The notes beneath the pieces are model-generated. The model was not told the DNA's origin. It was given only the letters and a program-made list of their open reading frames with translations, and did not search any database. From positions 4,960,001 through 5,024,000 of the forward strand of contig JBHGNT010000001.1 in NCBI GenBank assembly GCA_043228905.1: a stretch of DNA of 64,000 bases. The letters run 5' to 3'. A program made the translations under genes and the position numbers. The stretch comes from Azolla caroliniana (Eukaryota; Plantae; Polypodiophyta). Positions within the stretch are counted from its first letter, which is position 1, and each line of letters opens with the position of its first letter. Below are positions 38,548 to 50,779 of the stretch, piece after piece.

Positions 38548-38906
38548 CTGCTCTCACTTCTCATGAAAAATGAACAACAACAAAAACTGTTTGCCCTAAG
38601 TCATATTTATACATATATGACCTTCGGGCTATTTACAAATATAGCCTCAATGGCTCTTAGCAAACATATTCACAAATATGTCCCCGCATCCGAATCTCTC
38701 TCCGGGTACATTCGTCATCCGGCTCCGTAACCGGGGTCTTCAGCATCCGGATCCGTAACCGGGGTCTTCAGCATCCGGATCCGTAACCGGGTACTCGTCA
38801 TCCGGCTTCATGCCGGGTACTCTTCATCATCCGGTTCTGTAACCGCAACCGGGCTTGCCGTCATTCATCTCCGGACATCCCATCCGGAGGGACCGTAATC
38901 CCAACA
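33464..38906 (-). mobile_element. Full-length young Ty1/copia element, Tnt1/Tork-like (copia C)
   Basis: LTRs 38240-38906 and 33464-34124 differ by 2 SNPs seen and a 6-bp (CT)n change; TSD GGACC; Met-i PBS 38225-38236; PPT GAAGGGGGAGTT. Confidence 0.97.
34135..38208 (-). CDS. Intact copia gag-pol polyprotein (first ATG after the PBS)
   Basis: CFHCGKPGHFRKNC, WVVDSGAS, WHKRLCH..CTDC, IRADNGGEY, LYVDDM, SWQSRLQKTVALSTTEAEY, RTKHI. Confidence 0.96.
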   Translation of the reverse strand: MEGGGSGPPGMMVLNAQNYADWKIKMEDLLIVRDLYEPIDRSEIPKGVLESEWKLLNRKAVATIRQYVDVSVLQHVASDTNAYEMWKKLSGLYERKNALNRTSLMRKIVNLKYRDGESMVEHVSTFMGFVNQLAAIKFPLEDAMQAIILMCTLPDSWENLVVTLSTSCAEDNLSLQTVKTSILNEEARRRDKEPVSDSKALLTESERGRQWNRSPQRREKSGTRSQSRGRPTCFHCGKPGHFRKNCRHYRKENGADDTDLKKSPERNGAYRGATDRRGSDRRGQDRKGTTALAASEEEIMLITEERELNLAGEEMTWVVDSGASFHLTPEKKYFSSYTAGEHGFVRMGNEGTCRIAGIGDVWLMTSTGCKMLLKNVRHVPEVRLNLISAGRLDDEGYTGSIRNGVMKFSKGSLIVARARKVNTLYLMNSRLCSEELNVAADTAGELWHKRLCHMSEKGMKRLAEDNLIPVKHVHLEKCTDCLAGKQNRTSFHSRPPTRRSAPLELVHTDVCQVETKSHGGAQYFVTFIDDHSRKLWTAPLKTKDQVLCVFKELHARVERESGKKLKAIRADNGGEYRGQFQEYCRSKGIRLEFTVPKTPELNGLAERMNRTIMERVRSMLAHAKLPKGFWAEAMSTATYMINRSPSVPLDGDTPQKVWTGKEVSYRHLKVFGCLAYVHVAKDRRGKLDPKTRPCIFLGYGDDEFGYRVWDPVDKKIFRSRDIIFMEDKTLTDWESEKKMKSSKSTGEDQLYEEQSRPARDRLALEDPAEDGEETEPAEEDENDTGTGPDPEMNSDEEESEEPVTEAPERRYPLRERRAPRRFPEPEHVLLTDEGEPESFEEAKHDTHSRRWLSAMQEEMDSLHENHTYELVELPKGKQALRNKWVFKLKPGDAENPPRYKARIVVKGFQQKKGVDFDEIFAPVVKMTSIRTVLSIAASMDLEVEQMDVKTAFLHGDLEEEIYMQQPEGFEKKGKEHLVCRLKKSLYGLKQAPRQWYRKFDSFMTDEGYHKTQSDHCVFVKKFEGGDSLILLLYVDDMLIVGRDQVKIRTLKKALHRTFSMKDLGPARQILGMHIIRDRKKKQLWLSQEKYVTKVLHRFNMSEARPVESTLPANCKLSNKQSPKTKAEKEDMMKVPYASAVGSLMYAMVCTRPDIGYAVGVVSRYMSNPGKEHWNAVKWILRYLKGTANVCLRFGSGKPELNGFTDSDMSADADTSRSTSGYVMTHAGGAVSWQSRLQKTVALSTTEAEYMAAVEAGKEIIWMKDFIRELGIQQEEYRLYCDSQSAIHLAKNAAYHSRTKHIQRRYHWIRERIEDKEFVLTKVHTDENGSDMLTKVLTPNKLEACRKRIGLERHPMPK

Positions 38907-39699
38907 GGACCACTCAATCGGACGGCCAGATGTTGTACACGGAGACAAATCGGCCCCATGGACGTGGTGGATGAGGTGGGTCGGCACGCAATGGAGGCGG
39001 CCGACAAGAGCAGGACCGGAGGCATAGAGGTTGTGCCGACAGCAGTTCTGAACCCTCCACAAGCAAGGGGAGTCAAAGCAGCGCCGTGAACCGGCAAGGA
39101 AAGGTCGACACGGAATGCTGGTACTGTGGCAAAAAGGGCCACAGGGAAAGCGAGTGCTGGAAGAAGTGCGCCGATTCGGACAAATCCGAATATGGCAAAA
39201 CCGATCGGGAGAACCGGCAAAGTTCGCACTATGCGGAAGGATTGGAAGGATCCGGAACCGGGAAAACCGGTAAAGGGCCAACCTTCGTGATGAAGCACAA
39301 GGCTAACTCAATGAAGAAGACTACTTCTGGATTGGAGGAAGTATGGTACGTTGATTTCAGAGCGTCCAACCACATGACAAGCCATGAAGAGTGGTTCTCT
39401 TTTTTGGAGAAACCGGAACAACCGGGGATTGTCGAAACTGGAGATGACACCCCTCACCCGATTGTGCATGTTAGAGAAGTCCCTTTAAGCCATGTCGGAC
39501 AAAAGGGGAAGTTGATGAATGTACTACACGTTCCGACTATCACAAAGAACATGGTGTCAGTTGGGCAAATCGTCGACCAACGGATGTAGGTGCAGTTTAT
39601 GCACCTAGGGTGCTTCATCGAGGAAGGGGGCCGGATAATTGCGCAAGGGCGCAAAGACGGGAGGATGTTCATCCTCAACACTAATGATGTCGGCACTGC

Positions 39700-42600
39700 T
39701 GTCGCGTTGTTATGCGCGTGCGTGGAGAACGAGGCGGGACCACCGGGGTCTTGGACCGAGAAATAGTTGAGAAGGAGGAGAACAGAAAGGCACCGTGCGC
39801 ACTTGCACACGCACAGACACGGGAGCACACAAGAATCACAATCAAAACCACAACAAAACGAGACGACTAGAAGTTTGAGTATATGAACACGTAGGTATAT
39901 AAATATATATGTATATAACAAGACGGTTACAACTAACAGGCCGGCAAGGCAAACACCGCCGCCTGTTCACTCACACACACAAAAGAGCGGGATGGAGACT
40001 CTGCCGGAAGCACACGAGCGTTCCACGGAGCAGAGTCAGCCTCCCGAAAACCCGCGCAAAAATGGCTATGGAGAGTGGCAGAGGGGAAGGGCTCGGTCCC
40101 AGTCCGGCAACACTTCGTTCTCTCTAACCCCCTAATACCTTTTCATTCCTCTCCCTCTCTTTTATAGCCCAAGGAGGGAGGCCGTTATCATCCGTTACAT
40201 CACATTAATTCTCTGTCCTTTTGGACAGAGATACACCTCGATTCCCTCCCTATTGAATGCGTGCTACCTAGGATTTCCCCTCAACCGACTTGTACCTACT
40301 TACTTACCACACAACGAAAAGTATGCTCGCGTGTAAGGGCCGGTTTACACACGCTAAACTCGGTTTCCGCCTAGGGACGGTTTTCTTCACGACATCCGCC
40401 CCCACCTAACCGTGCATCCACCGGTATGTGCCAAAATTGGGCTTTTGCTGGAGAAAACTGGTCCATGCTTTACTCCTTGTCTTCCGGATCGTCATCCGCC
40501 TCGGGCCGCCCGTCGTCGTTGTCCATGCTTTCTAGATCCGGCTCACACTCGTGTCATTTCTTAAACGCTTTGACCCTCTTCCCCGCTACCGGTATTGCCA
40601 TCCTCGTACCGTCGAGCTCCGCAAGATGGTAGGTCCCGTTGTTGTTGGCGCCTATCACCATGTAAGGCCCGAACCACCTCCTTGCAAACTTCCGCGTTGC
40701 CCTGTGCTGGTTGTCGAGGCTGCTGTCATACACTAGGACCCAGTCGTCTTCCTCGATTTTCTTCGGTCGCAGTCGGTGAGTCCGGTCAAACCGGCCTTTG
40801 TTCTTCATCCTTGCCAACCGAAGCTTCTCTACGGCTCGTTCCACGTCCTCCGGCTTCGCTCCAGCTGTTGAATCCGTGCCGCTAGCAGCTCCTCCCGGCT
40901 CATCTCATCTCTCAAGTCCACCGTGGCCCATGAGGAGATGGTTCGCTCCGTTGGCATGATCGGCCTTTGTCCATATATAAGCTCTGCCGTCATGAACCCG
41001 ATTACCGAACTGTGCATAGTTCGGTCCGCCCACAAGGCATAAGGTAGCAGTCGCGACCAATTCCCGACTTGGCCTTCACACGCCCGTACTAGTGCTTTGA
41101 CGATTGGCCCGTGTCCGTGCTCCACCTTCCCGTTAGCCTCCGGATTGTACGTTGTGGTGAGCGAGAGATTGACCCCTAGTCGGTCAAATAGCTCTTCAGC
41201 CTCTTGCGCGTCCAACTCTCTGCGGTCAGCCACGATCTTTCCTACGCTCTCGTATCGACATATCACATCCTCGATCAGAAACAGGCACACAACCGTGGTT
41301 GTTTTGTTCTGCAGCGCTCGGCCTTCAACCTGGTTCGTCAGATCCTCCCAAGCCAGCACCAGATACCGCATCTGTCCTACCCCCATTGGCATCGTCACCA
41401 AATCCACCATCCATTTGAAGTGGAGAGTCGGAGGGTAGGTCGGTTGAAGCTCGTCCCGGTGTCGGACTATGGAGTGCATCTGATAGCTTTCGCAAGTCGT
41501 CACGAACCGATGCACGTCTCGGTACAGTCCTGGCCACCAGTACTTCCCATTTAGCTTCTCGAACGTGGCCCATGTTCTGGGATGTCCGGCCCAGGGACTC
41601 TCGTGGTAGGCCTCCAACAACTCCTCCTGTTCCTCCTTCTTCACCACCACTCGGAGCGGGATGCCGCCCTTCTTCTTCGGGTGCTTCCATATGTACCCGT
41701 CCCGAAGGAAGAATCGGTACGCCTTCTTCCGGATCCGGTTGGCCTCTTCCTTTGTCCATGCCGCGTCTGGTGTCATTGTTTTCAGGAGCTCGCTGATCTG
41801 GAGCCACTCCCCGTCATACTTGCTCTCGTCGAATTCGTTAAGCGCCGGAGTGCTCCTCTTTCTGGTTGTCACACATGCCGCCTCGAAGAAATCTACGCCG
41901 ACTTCCTCGTCCTCCAAAACCATGCCGTTCTCGTTTTCGAACCTCGCCCTTGAGAGCATGTCGGCCATGGCATTGTCTTTTCCGGAAATGTGTCGTATCT
42001 CCGGATTCAGGGACTTGATGTACGCTATCCACCTGAGCATTGCCAGTCTGGCGTCACGCATCTGGAAACCATGCCGAGAATCGGTAGGCAGTTCGTCTCG
42101 ATTATTACCTTTGTTCCGATCAGATAGTCTTTATCGGCCTTCACTGCCGAAACGATACCCCAGAGTTCGCGTTTAACCTGGGCATATCCTCGCTGTCGCT
42201 CACTGAGGAACTTCACGCTGAACCGGATGGGGAACCTCGTGCCAACGTTATCCTCCTGGTTGATCACCCATCCGATCCCAGTCGGACTCGTGTCTACGGT
42301 CACGTAAATCGGAGTGTCTTTGCCGTGGACAGCCTTTCGGAGCGCTGGTGTCGTGGCAAGTGCTTTCTTCATCTTTTGGACTGACTCCATATGTTTGTCT
42401 CCCCACTCGAATTTACGCCCTTTCTTCGGCAACCCATACAGCAGCTCCGCGACGTGGGCGTAATGCGGGGTCCAGATATGGTAGAACGAGCATGCTCCCA
42501 AGAATCTCCGAACCTCCGTAACCGAATTGCAGTCATGCTTCATTGCGGAGATGGCTTCCACCTTGGCCAGAGATAGTTTCCGACCGTATGGTCTGCATAG

Positions 42601-45600
42601 GTGCCCGACGACCATGATCTCTGATTGCCTGAAGGCTGATTTTTCCCCGGAGAAGGTGAGCCTCGTGCCTTCTAGTCTCTGCAGCACTTTCTCGCAGTCA
42701 TCGATGTGAGTCGCCACGAAATTCTGACATCCGTCTGGTCCGATTGTCTCGTCCTTTTCCTCCACTGGGAATCCCCTGATCGGGATGTCGTCTAAGAATG
42801 ACATGGTGATGTCCGGGATACAATCCCTGAGCACTTTGTTCATCGCGTTCACCATGTGAGTCACCAAGTTCATCCCTCCTTGTGGTAGGGTACACATCCA
42901 CACTAGGCCGAGAGGAGTCTGCATCGTTGTAATGTCTCTGCTCTCCATGGCTAGTTGGTACTAGTCGTACCCTGAGTACAGATCATCGACAGAGTAAATC
43001 GACCTTCCAGCCAAGGCCTCCACGAACTCGTCTATGGTCGGTCCGATTCCTGCTTACGGATGGTCACCTTGTTGACCGGTTGTGGGTCTTGAATGAAGCG
43101 CAGCGTGCCGTTCTTTTTCGGCACCATAAACCACCGAATCGAATACGGGGCACTCGACGGTTCGAGGATGCCTATCTCCACCTTTTGCTTCAGAAGCTCC
43201 ATCAACTTCCGGATGTGAGCTCTCGGCACCGGAATTGGTTTGAGATTCCACAGTACATGTGGTACCGTGAAGATCACCATTGGTTTGACGATCGTCGGGT
43301 CCACGCACCCGATCTCCCCCGGCGAGAACGCGAAGGCTTTCCCATGCCTTCCGAGCATTCTCCGAAACTTGTTCTCCTCCGCCAGCAGTAGAAAGCCACC
43401 CCCACCGACCCTGAGCTCCCGTAGCGTTATGTCGGTGAACCGGTGCCCTATGCCAGCCGGATTCTGTAAACTTGGGTCCGACGTGACCCCCTTTATCTGC
43501 TCCTCACTGCCCTCCGGCAAGGGTGCCTCGACCGGCTTCACCTTCCGGTCCACAGTCTTGTACTTTGTACCCACGCGGGCCGTCCTATCCAACCCGATCC
43601 TTTCCCCGAAGTCCGCGATGACTTCGTACATTCCCATTGATCCTACCGGAACAGTCCGGTCTTCTCTAAGGTCTTCACCGATCACCTTTCGCAACTCGCC
43701 CAAGGTGTCGTCAAACGAGACCGCCTCCACGGCGCCGCTGATCTCTTCGTCGGGGGAGAGGACTCCATATCCCTTGAGCCGCTCCTCCGCTCGCTTCCTT
43801 TCCCGGCCGTCGACGCCGGCTATAATACAACCTCCGTTTTCGGAGAACCAAAACTTCCTACCTACTGTACATGTGTGGGGTTCTTCCGGTACGTTCGGAC
43901 TACCGAGGCCCCACGCCTTGATAGCCCTCTCTAAAAATCCCCTCGGCTGTCGCCGCTGAGGGTCTTGCGATTCCTTTCATGGTTTGGACGTACGGTCATG
44001 AATTGGACGGAATGCCGACCGTCCTGGCTCTTGACGCCCGCGTACGCCGAACCGTTGTCCAGCACCTTCGTCTCCATGCATGCTGCCATAATGTATGGTT
44101 CGCCGAGAATCACCGGGTGCGAGGATGTTTCCTGCACGAAGAAATGTTGATCTATCTCGATGTCACCGACCTTTACGCGTATATTCGGGCACGCACCATG
44201 CAGCTCCTCCGTAGCACGCGTCGCCGCGCGTATCTTCCACCCATGCTTGGTGTTGATCGGCCATTTACCCCTCTTGTAGAAATCCATGGACATCAGGTTG
44301 ATTTCGGATCCATGGTCTACCAAGGCCACCACCGGTTCCTGGACATCTCCGATCTTAACAGGGGTCTCCGTGGTCGCTCTGGCCCAGTGCGGCCTCGAAT
44401 AGTGGCTCTCCGCCAACTCGTCTTCTAGCGCCATGTTGTTTATGTGTGTCGCTCGCACTTCCACTGGTTTCTCTGGCTCTGGCTCTGTCGATAGCCTCTT
44501 CCTCTTTACCAAGTCTACGATGGAGTCGAGGAACTCCTTCTTGGCGATCCCGAGCACTTCCCCTCAGCGATAGATCCACTTTGCTGTCGAGGATACGCTC
44601 CTCCAGGACCTTTCGCAGGTCCGTGGTCCTTTTGATTTCCGTGCTCAATCGGTACCCGGCCTTCTTGGCTTTATCCGGTGCGCCGGTCGCACCGGCCTCA
44701 TTCTGCCTTTGACCGAATCGGGTCTTGTACCATTGCGAGGGCCCGGCCCCTCCGGTTTTACTTACTCGCTTGTCTTCCACCAGAGCCTCGTAGTTCTGGC
44801 ATGCGGCTTCAACGAAGCCGATCTTCTCTTTGACCGGGTCACTCCACCCAGTTACCTCCCGGACCCGTTTTTCCGCGTGGTTCGCTTCTTCTTTCCTTAG
44901 TCGTGCGCTGGTGAGGCCTTCCAGCATCAACGGCCAGAATCCGGCTTCGTTCGTCTTCCGGGCCTCACCACCTCCGACTCGGATTCTAGCCGACGCCGAG
45001 TAGTGGACGGTCTCCGCGTGGCGAGCCGCCGCTTCTTCGATCAACCGTTTCATACCCCCTCGTCTGACATTCAGGTCGAGGGCCCTTCGGGTCTCGCTAG
45101 CGTGCACCCGACCGTTCCATAGGTACACCACGTTGGCTCTCATTGCCTCGGTGAAGTCCCCGCAGTCCTTCCGGACGTGGCCGACCATGTTGCACCACAA
45201 ACACCGGTTTCCAGCTAGAGGCCTTCGGTCATGGGCCTGTTCGCCACCGTCCCTCCGTGCCTGTGCAATCTGGAGGTCCTTTACCATCCTAGTCAGCTCC
45301 TTCGGTCGAACCTTTGACCATGCCGGTCGAAGTCGATCCGGTCTCGAGCCAGTCTCGGGTCTCTTCCCTTCGCGCTGGCGGGGTTGGCTCGAGTTTCCTT
45401 GCTGCTACAGAGCCCGCCCTTGTTGATCCTTTATCGACCCACACTCGCCGTTTGTCGAAACGGCCAGACTGTCTTCACCACGGCCCAGTCGGCCGTCAGC
45501 CCATCATCAGTCTCCAGCAGGAGACCCACTTGCTCCCGGTCCCTCGCATCCACCGACTTAACGAACAACAGAATGCGACTTGTGTCTAGTACGGTCCGGT

Positions 45601-45663
45601 CGAGCGCCGAAAGACACGCAAAGCGTTCTTCAAACTCCAGGAGGAGCACTGACGCGTTTCTCC
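39700..45663 (-). mobile_element. Decayed, 5'-truncated gypsy element of the 53549 family (copy 2)
   Basis: 3' LTR 39700-40394, PPT identical to that at 60061-60078; broken gag-PR, RT, RH, IN highly similar to ORFs 54366 and 56624. Confidence 0.93.
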
Positions 45664-46521
45664 GAGCTTGTCCATGCACCTCTCCTCCTCATAAAGGCGT
45701 ACGAGCATTTTGTGCGTGTGTTTGTGTCTTTCTTGTATGTTCGGCCGTCTTGTGGCGAGGGGACCGTTCGGGCTTGCCCATGCACCACTCCTCATCATAA
45801 AGGCATACGAGCATTTGTGTGTGTGTTTGTGTCTTCCTTGTACATTCGGCCATCTTGTGACGAGGGGACCGTTCGGGCTTGCCCATGCACCTCTCCTCCT
45901 CATAAACGCGTACGAGCCTTTGTATGTGTGTTTGTGTCTTCCTCGTACGTACGGCCGTCTTATGACGAGGGGACCGTTCGGGCTTGCCCATGCACCTCTC
46001 CTCCTCATAAAGGTGTACGAGCATTTGTGTGTGTGTTTGTGTCTTCCTCGTACGTACGGCCGTCTTGTGAAGAGGGGACCGTTCGGGCTTGCCCATGTAC
46101 CTCTCCTCCTCATAAAGGCGTATGAGCATTTTGTGCATGTGTTTTGTTTCTTCCTCGTATGTTCGATGTCTTGTGACAAGGGAGCGTTCGGGCGTGCCCA
46201 TGCACCTCTCCTCCTCATAAAGATGTACGGACATTCGTGTTTGTGTTATCGTCCCCTTGTGCGTTCATGTTGCGTGCTCATCTTGCTTGTACCCGTTTGG
46301 TCACTTGGCTCGTGCGGTGACCCCAAAAGGTCGACGAGTCGTGATCAATGAGAGCCACCGACCTCACAAAACAAAGGGCAACGAGACCTTGCTCGGGAAG
46401 GGGTCGGGAAGTAGTATTGTCGTAAAGCAAACCTCGGGTCTTCTCTATCCCTTGAGTACTCCCTAGTCCAAGACCCCCGTGGTCCCGCCCAAGTAACACA
46501 CGTGCGCGAAACTTCGCGACA
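45664..46521 (+). mobile_element. 3' part of a gypsy-family LTR carrying a 105-bp array
   Basis: Ends CTAGTCCAAGACCCCCGTGGTCCCGCCC...TTCGCGACA, the U5 motif shared with LTR ends at 54348 and 61766. Confidence 0.75.
45665..46240. repeat. 105-bp tandem repeat, about 5.5 copies
   Basis: GGC(T/G)TGCCCATG(C/T)ACC recurs at 45771, 45876, 45981, 46086, 46191. Confidence 0.93.
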
Positions 46522-46562
46522 CCGCTCAAGCGAAGCACGCACGCACGCACATCTTTGTGACA

Positions 46563-49500
46563 CCGTAAACCATCTATTGGAGTAGGGAGCATTGGACGGC
46601 TCAAGTATTCCCATCCTAACCTTTTCTTTTAGAAGCTCAATCAACTTCAGAATGTGAGCTCTTGGAGCCGGTATCGGCTTGAGGTTCCAAGGTACATGCG
46701 GCACCGTAAAAATCACCATCGGCTGTATTATCTTCGGGTCGGCACATCCAATCTCTTGTGGAGAGAAGGCAAAGGCTTTCCCATGTCTCACAAGCATTCC
46801 GCGGAACATTCTCTCCTCTTCAGGGAAAAGGAAATCTTCCCTTCCAACTTGTAGCTTCCCTTTTGTCTCTTTGGTGAAGACATGACCTATTGCCTTTGGA
46901 TCCCTTAAGCTCGGATCATTAGCAACTTCCTTCATCTTCTACCAGCTATCTTCTTGTAGCAGAACCGCAACTGGCTTGATCTTCTTATCCACCGTTTTAT
47001 ATTGTGTGTTGACTTCAGCTTCCTCCATCAAGATTTCTCGATGATATTCATCGATGATAGCTTACATGTTGACGGAGTTAACCGAAATCACATTTTGATC
47101 GTGAGAGTAGCTCAAGTCCACGACTTCCTCAATTTCACCGATGGTGTCGTTAAATGAGGCTTCCTCTAGAATATGAGACACAAATTCTTCTTCTTCGATT
47201 ATGCTTTCTTCTTTCAACATCTTCTCGAAGTCTTGTATCCGATGCTTGTCCTTCTTGTTGAGTAGTGTTAGGTTACATGTGCCACTAGGTGTCACACATG
47301 TTGCTTCTCCTTGCGATCCACTTATTTCGCTTCCTTGTGGGGACTTATGATTTCTCGGACTATTTGTGCCCCACGCTTCAATAGTCCGCTCTAAGGCTAT
47401 CTCGGTTCCTTTCGTGATTAGCCCGCACCGTAAGGAATTGAACAGATCTTTGATTGTCAAGGCTCTTGACTTGTGCGAAGGCCGCTCCATTATCGAACAC
47501 CTTAGTCTCCATCCGGGACGATGTGATATATGGTTGTCCTAGGATGATGGGATGTGAAGCCGAGTCTTGCACGAAGAAGTGTTGATCCATCTCCACATCT
47601 CCGATTGTGACTTTAACATTGGGGCAACCTCCGTACAAGTTTTCCGTGGCCTTCGTTGCCGCTCGTATCTTCCATCCGTGGTTTGTGTTGATCAGCCATC
47701 TTCCTTTCTTGTAGAATTCGGTCGATATGAGGTTGATCTCCGAACCATGGTCAATCAAGGCTACCACGGTCTCCTTCTTCTCTCCGATCTTCATCGGCGT
47801 CTCCGTTGTCGCTCTTGCCCAATGAGGCCGAGAGTAATGGTTGTCCGCCATCACTTCTTCTTCCTCCCCCTCTTCGGATCTTGCCATGGTTATGGCACTT
47901 GTTTTCACCTCTTCTTCATCCGATTGTTGCCGCTTCCGCTTAATCAAGTCCACAATAGTATCGTGGAACTCCTTCTTAGCGATCCCAAGTAGCTCTCTCA
48001 AAGTAAGGTCAACATGACTGTCTAAAACCTTCTCCTCAAGGACCTTCTGCAAGTTGGTTGTTTGTTCTATGTCTAACCTTAGCTTGTAATTCGGCGCCAC
48101 TCGTTCATTTCCTTTCTTCACAGATTCATCGACTTCCATCCGAGAAGGTTGGCTCGATCCACCGGGCTTCATGCTTGTTTCTCCTATCTCTTTTCGTGGC
48201 GTAGGTTGGGCTTGTCCTTCTTTCCCTACATTCCTTGTATTGTGACGCTTTGAGGTGCCATCTTCTTCACCGGTTCTTTTCCTCTTCTCTTCGACAAGAG
48301 CCTCATAGTTGTCACACACAACCTCCGCAAAGCTTGTGTTATTGTCGACTGGATCTGACCATCCGGTTACTCGTCGCACATTCCAATCAGCAAGTTTGAG
48401 ATCCTCCAAATCTATTTTTCCTTTCTTTTCACACTCGAATATTGTTGGCCAAAACCCAACTCCTGGCTTGATCGTCTTTAGATTCTCTCTTCCGACTCGT
48501 ATTCCCGCTGATGCGGCGTAGTGCATGGCTTCCACATGCCTTGCATCTTCCTCTTCCACGATCTTTTTCAGCCCGCCTCTTCCGAAGTTCACTCGTAGCG
48601 GCTTTCGAGTCTTGCTCGAGTGAATCATGTTGCCGTCCAAATAGACGACATTCTTGCGAATCAACAGCTTTGTCGATTAAAGCTTCTCGATCTCTCACCT
48701 TCAGCATGTATTCCACTACGGACACCATGCCTTTCGTTAATTCCTCTCCTTGAGTTCTGCTTGTTGAAGCCATTGTTACACTTGATATCCTTCCTACTGC
48801 CTCTTTCACGTTGGGTTCACCACTTAATTATGTCGTGAAAATCCGTCACTATGTGCAGATCGTGAGACGTAACCGCTGGGGTTCTGGACTAGAAGGATTT
48901 AGAGCAACATGTACAACACAAGAAAGTTTTAAGCATAAGACAAGTGGGAGAGACAAATCATTACTTTATTGCACAAGAAAATCGATTCTTTATAATTTCA
49001 GAATCGTGTTACAATGGGTTGGGTATAGAAATGAGAGATTAATTTTTCAAAGAAAGGAGCCAACAACCATGCAAGGAGTGGTCCGATATGAATACGAGAG
49101 ATAATTTTTGACAAGAAAGATCAAGTAAACAAAGCTAGGACTTTGATATCTATATGTGAGATAATTTGTTTCTCGAATCCGAGAGGGAAGAAGAAAGAAG
49201 GGAAAAAAAAAAACTAGGAGGGAAAAAAAAATGGGACATATATCTAGCTCCTCGTTGATCCTCCTCCACTTTGCATGCCCACTTTTAGTTGGATGGCCTC
49301 TATTTTTAGTTGCATGGCCTCTGCTTTTAGTTGCGTGCTTCCATTTTTAAATGCATGCCTTTTACTTTTAGTTGCATGGCCTTGGCTTTTGGTTGCATGC
49401 GATTGTCCGTATAATTCAGCCAAATGACACAATCATCCATAAAGTTTAGCCCGTGCACAATCTGTACGTGCGTCGCAACCAAACCGTAGACGCGTCCGCG

Positions 49501-50779
49501 CACAAAAGTCTCGATCGCGTAGTAGTGTACGCATCCATGCATGCGCGCGTCCCAACTGCGCCGTAGTGTACGCATCCATGCGCGCGCGCGTCCAACCCGC
49601 ACCGTGTACACATCCGCGTAGTAGTGTACGCATCCACGCATGCGCGCATGCACACACACTCATCCGTCGGAAACGTCCACGCGACCGTGCACGTGTACGC
49701 CCGAAACTTGCACACGTGCGTACATCCGAAGACGTTCATGCGCATGTACGTCCGAAAACAACCACATGGCCATGCACACGCGCATACGCCCACACCGTGT
49801 ACGCATCCATGTGCAAAAGTCTCGACTGCTCCGTAGTGCGCATGCACACACACTCATCCATCGGAAACGTCCACGCGACCGTGCACGTGTACGCTCGAAG
49901 CTTGCACACGTGCGTACATCCAAAGACGTTCATGCGCATGTACGTCCGAAAACAACCACATGGCCATGCACACGCGCATACGCCCGCACCGTGTATGCAT
50001 CCGTGTGCAAAAGTCTCGACCGCCCCGTAGTGTACGCATCCACACATGCGTGCATGCACACACACTCATCCATCGGAAACGTCCACGCGACCGTGCACGT
50101 GTACGCTCGAAGCTTGCACACGTGCGTACATCCAAAGATGTTCATGCGCATGTACGTCCGAAAACGACCACATGACCATGCACACGCGCATACACCCAAA
50201 GCGTTGACACGACCGTGCATACGCCTGGAGCACATGCGTGCATGCACACACACTCATCCATCGGAAACGTCCACGCGACCGTGCACGTGTACGCTCGAAG
50301 CTTGCACACGTGCGTACATCCAAAGATGTTCATGCGCATGTACGTCCGAAAACGACCACATGACCATGCACACGCGCATACACCCAAAGCGTTGACACGA
50401 CCGTGCATACACCTGGAGCATTAACACGAACGTGCATACGCGTGTACGTCCGAAGCATGCACACCACACAGTGTAGCTCAAGTCACCTTGAATATTCTGT
50501 GTTCCACACATTGATAGAATGAATATGTTTTGGTTTCCCTTATATATCCTGGGTTCCCATGTTGTCCTATCTATGTGGGATAACTCACAGTTTTGTCTTT
50601 TCTTTTCTTTTCTTTAAACTTCACAGTCACATAACTTGATACTTATTTATCCGTTTTATGCGTAGTAAAATACGCTATGAAGCTCTTGAACACATCTATC
50701 TTTCCATATCAATATATTAAGCTAATCGTAAAAAATTATTTTACTAGTTTTCATATCGTGTGTGAAAAACCACACGACA
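46563..50779 (-). mobile_element. Decayed, 3'-truncated divergent gypsy relative with 1.95-kb 5' LTR (copy 3)
   Basis: LTR 48831-50779, PBS TGGTGAACCCAACGTGAA 48805-48822, internally deleted gag, PR ALIDHGSEIN, RT start to PYSNRWFTV. Confidence 0.88.
49640..50420. repeat. Tandem array, 4 units of about 190-210 bp, in the copy-3 LTR
   Basis: CACTCATCC(A/G)TCGGAAACGTCCACGCGACC at 49657, 49851, 50063, 50251. Confidence 0.9.

Noticed and set aside
45665-46240. Regular array resembling CRISPR
   Set aside because: Whole units repeat with no unique spacers and no cas genes; it is an LTR-internal tandem repeat
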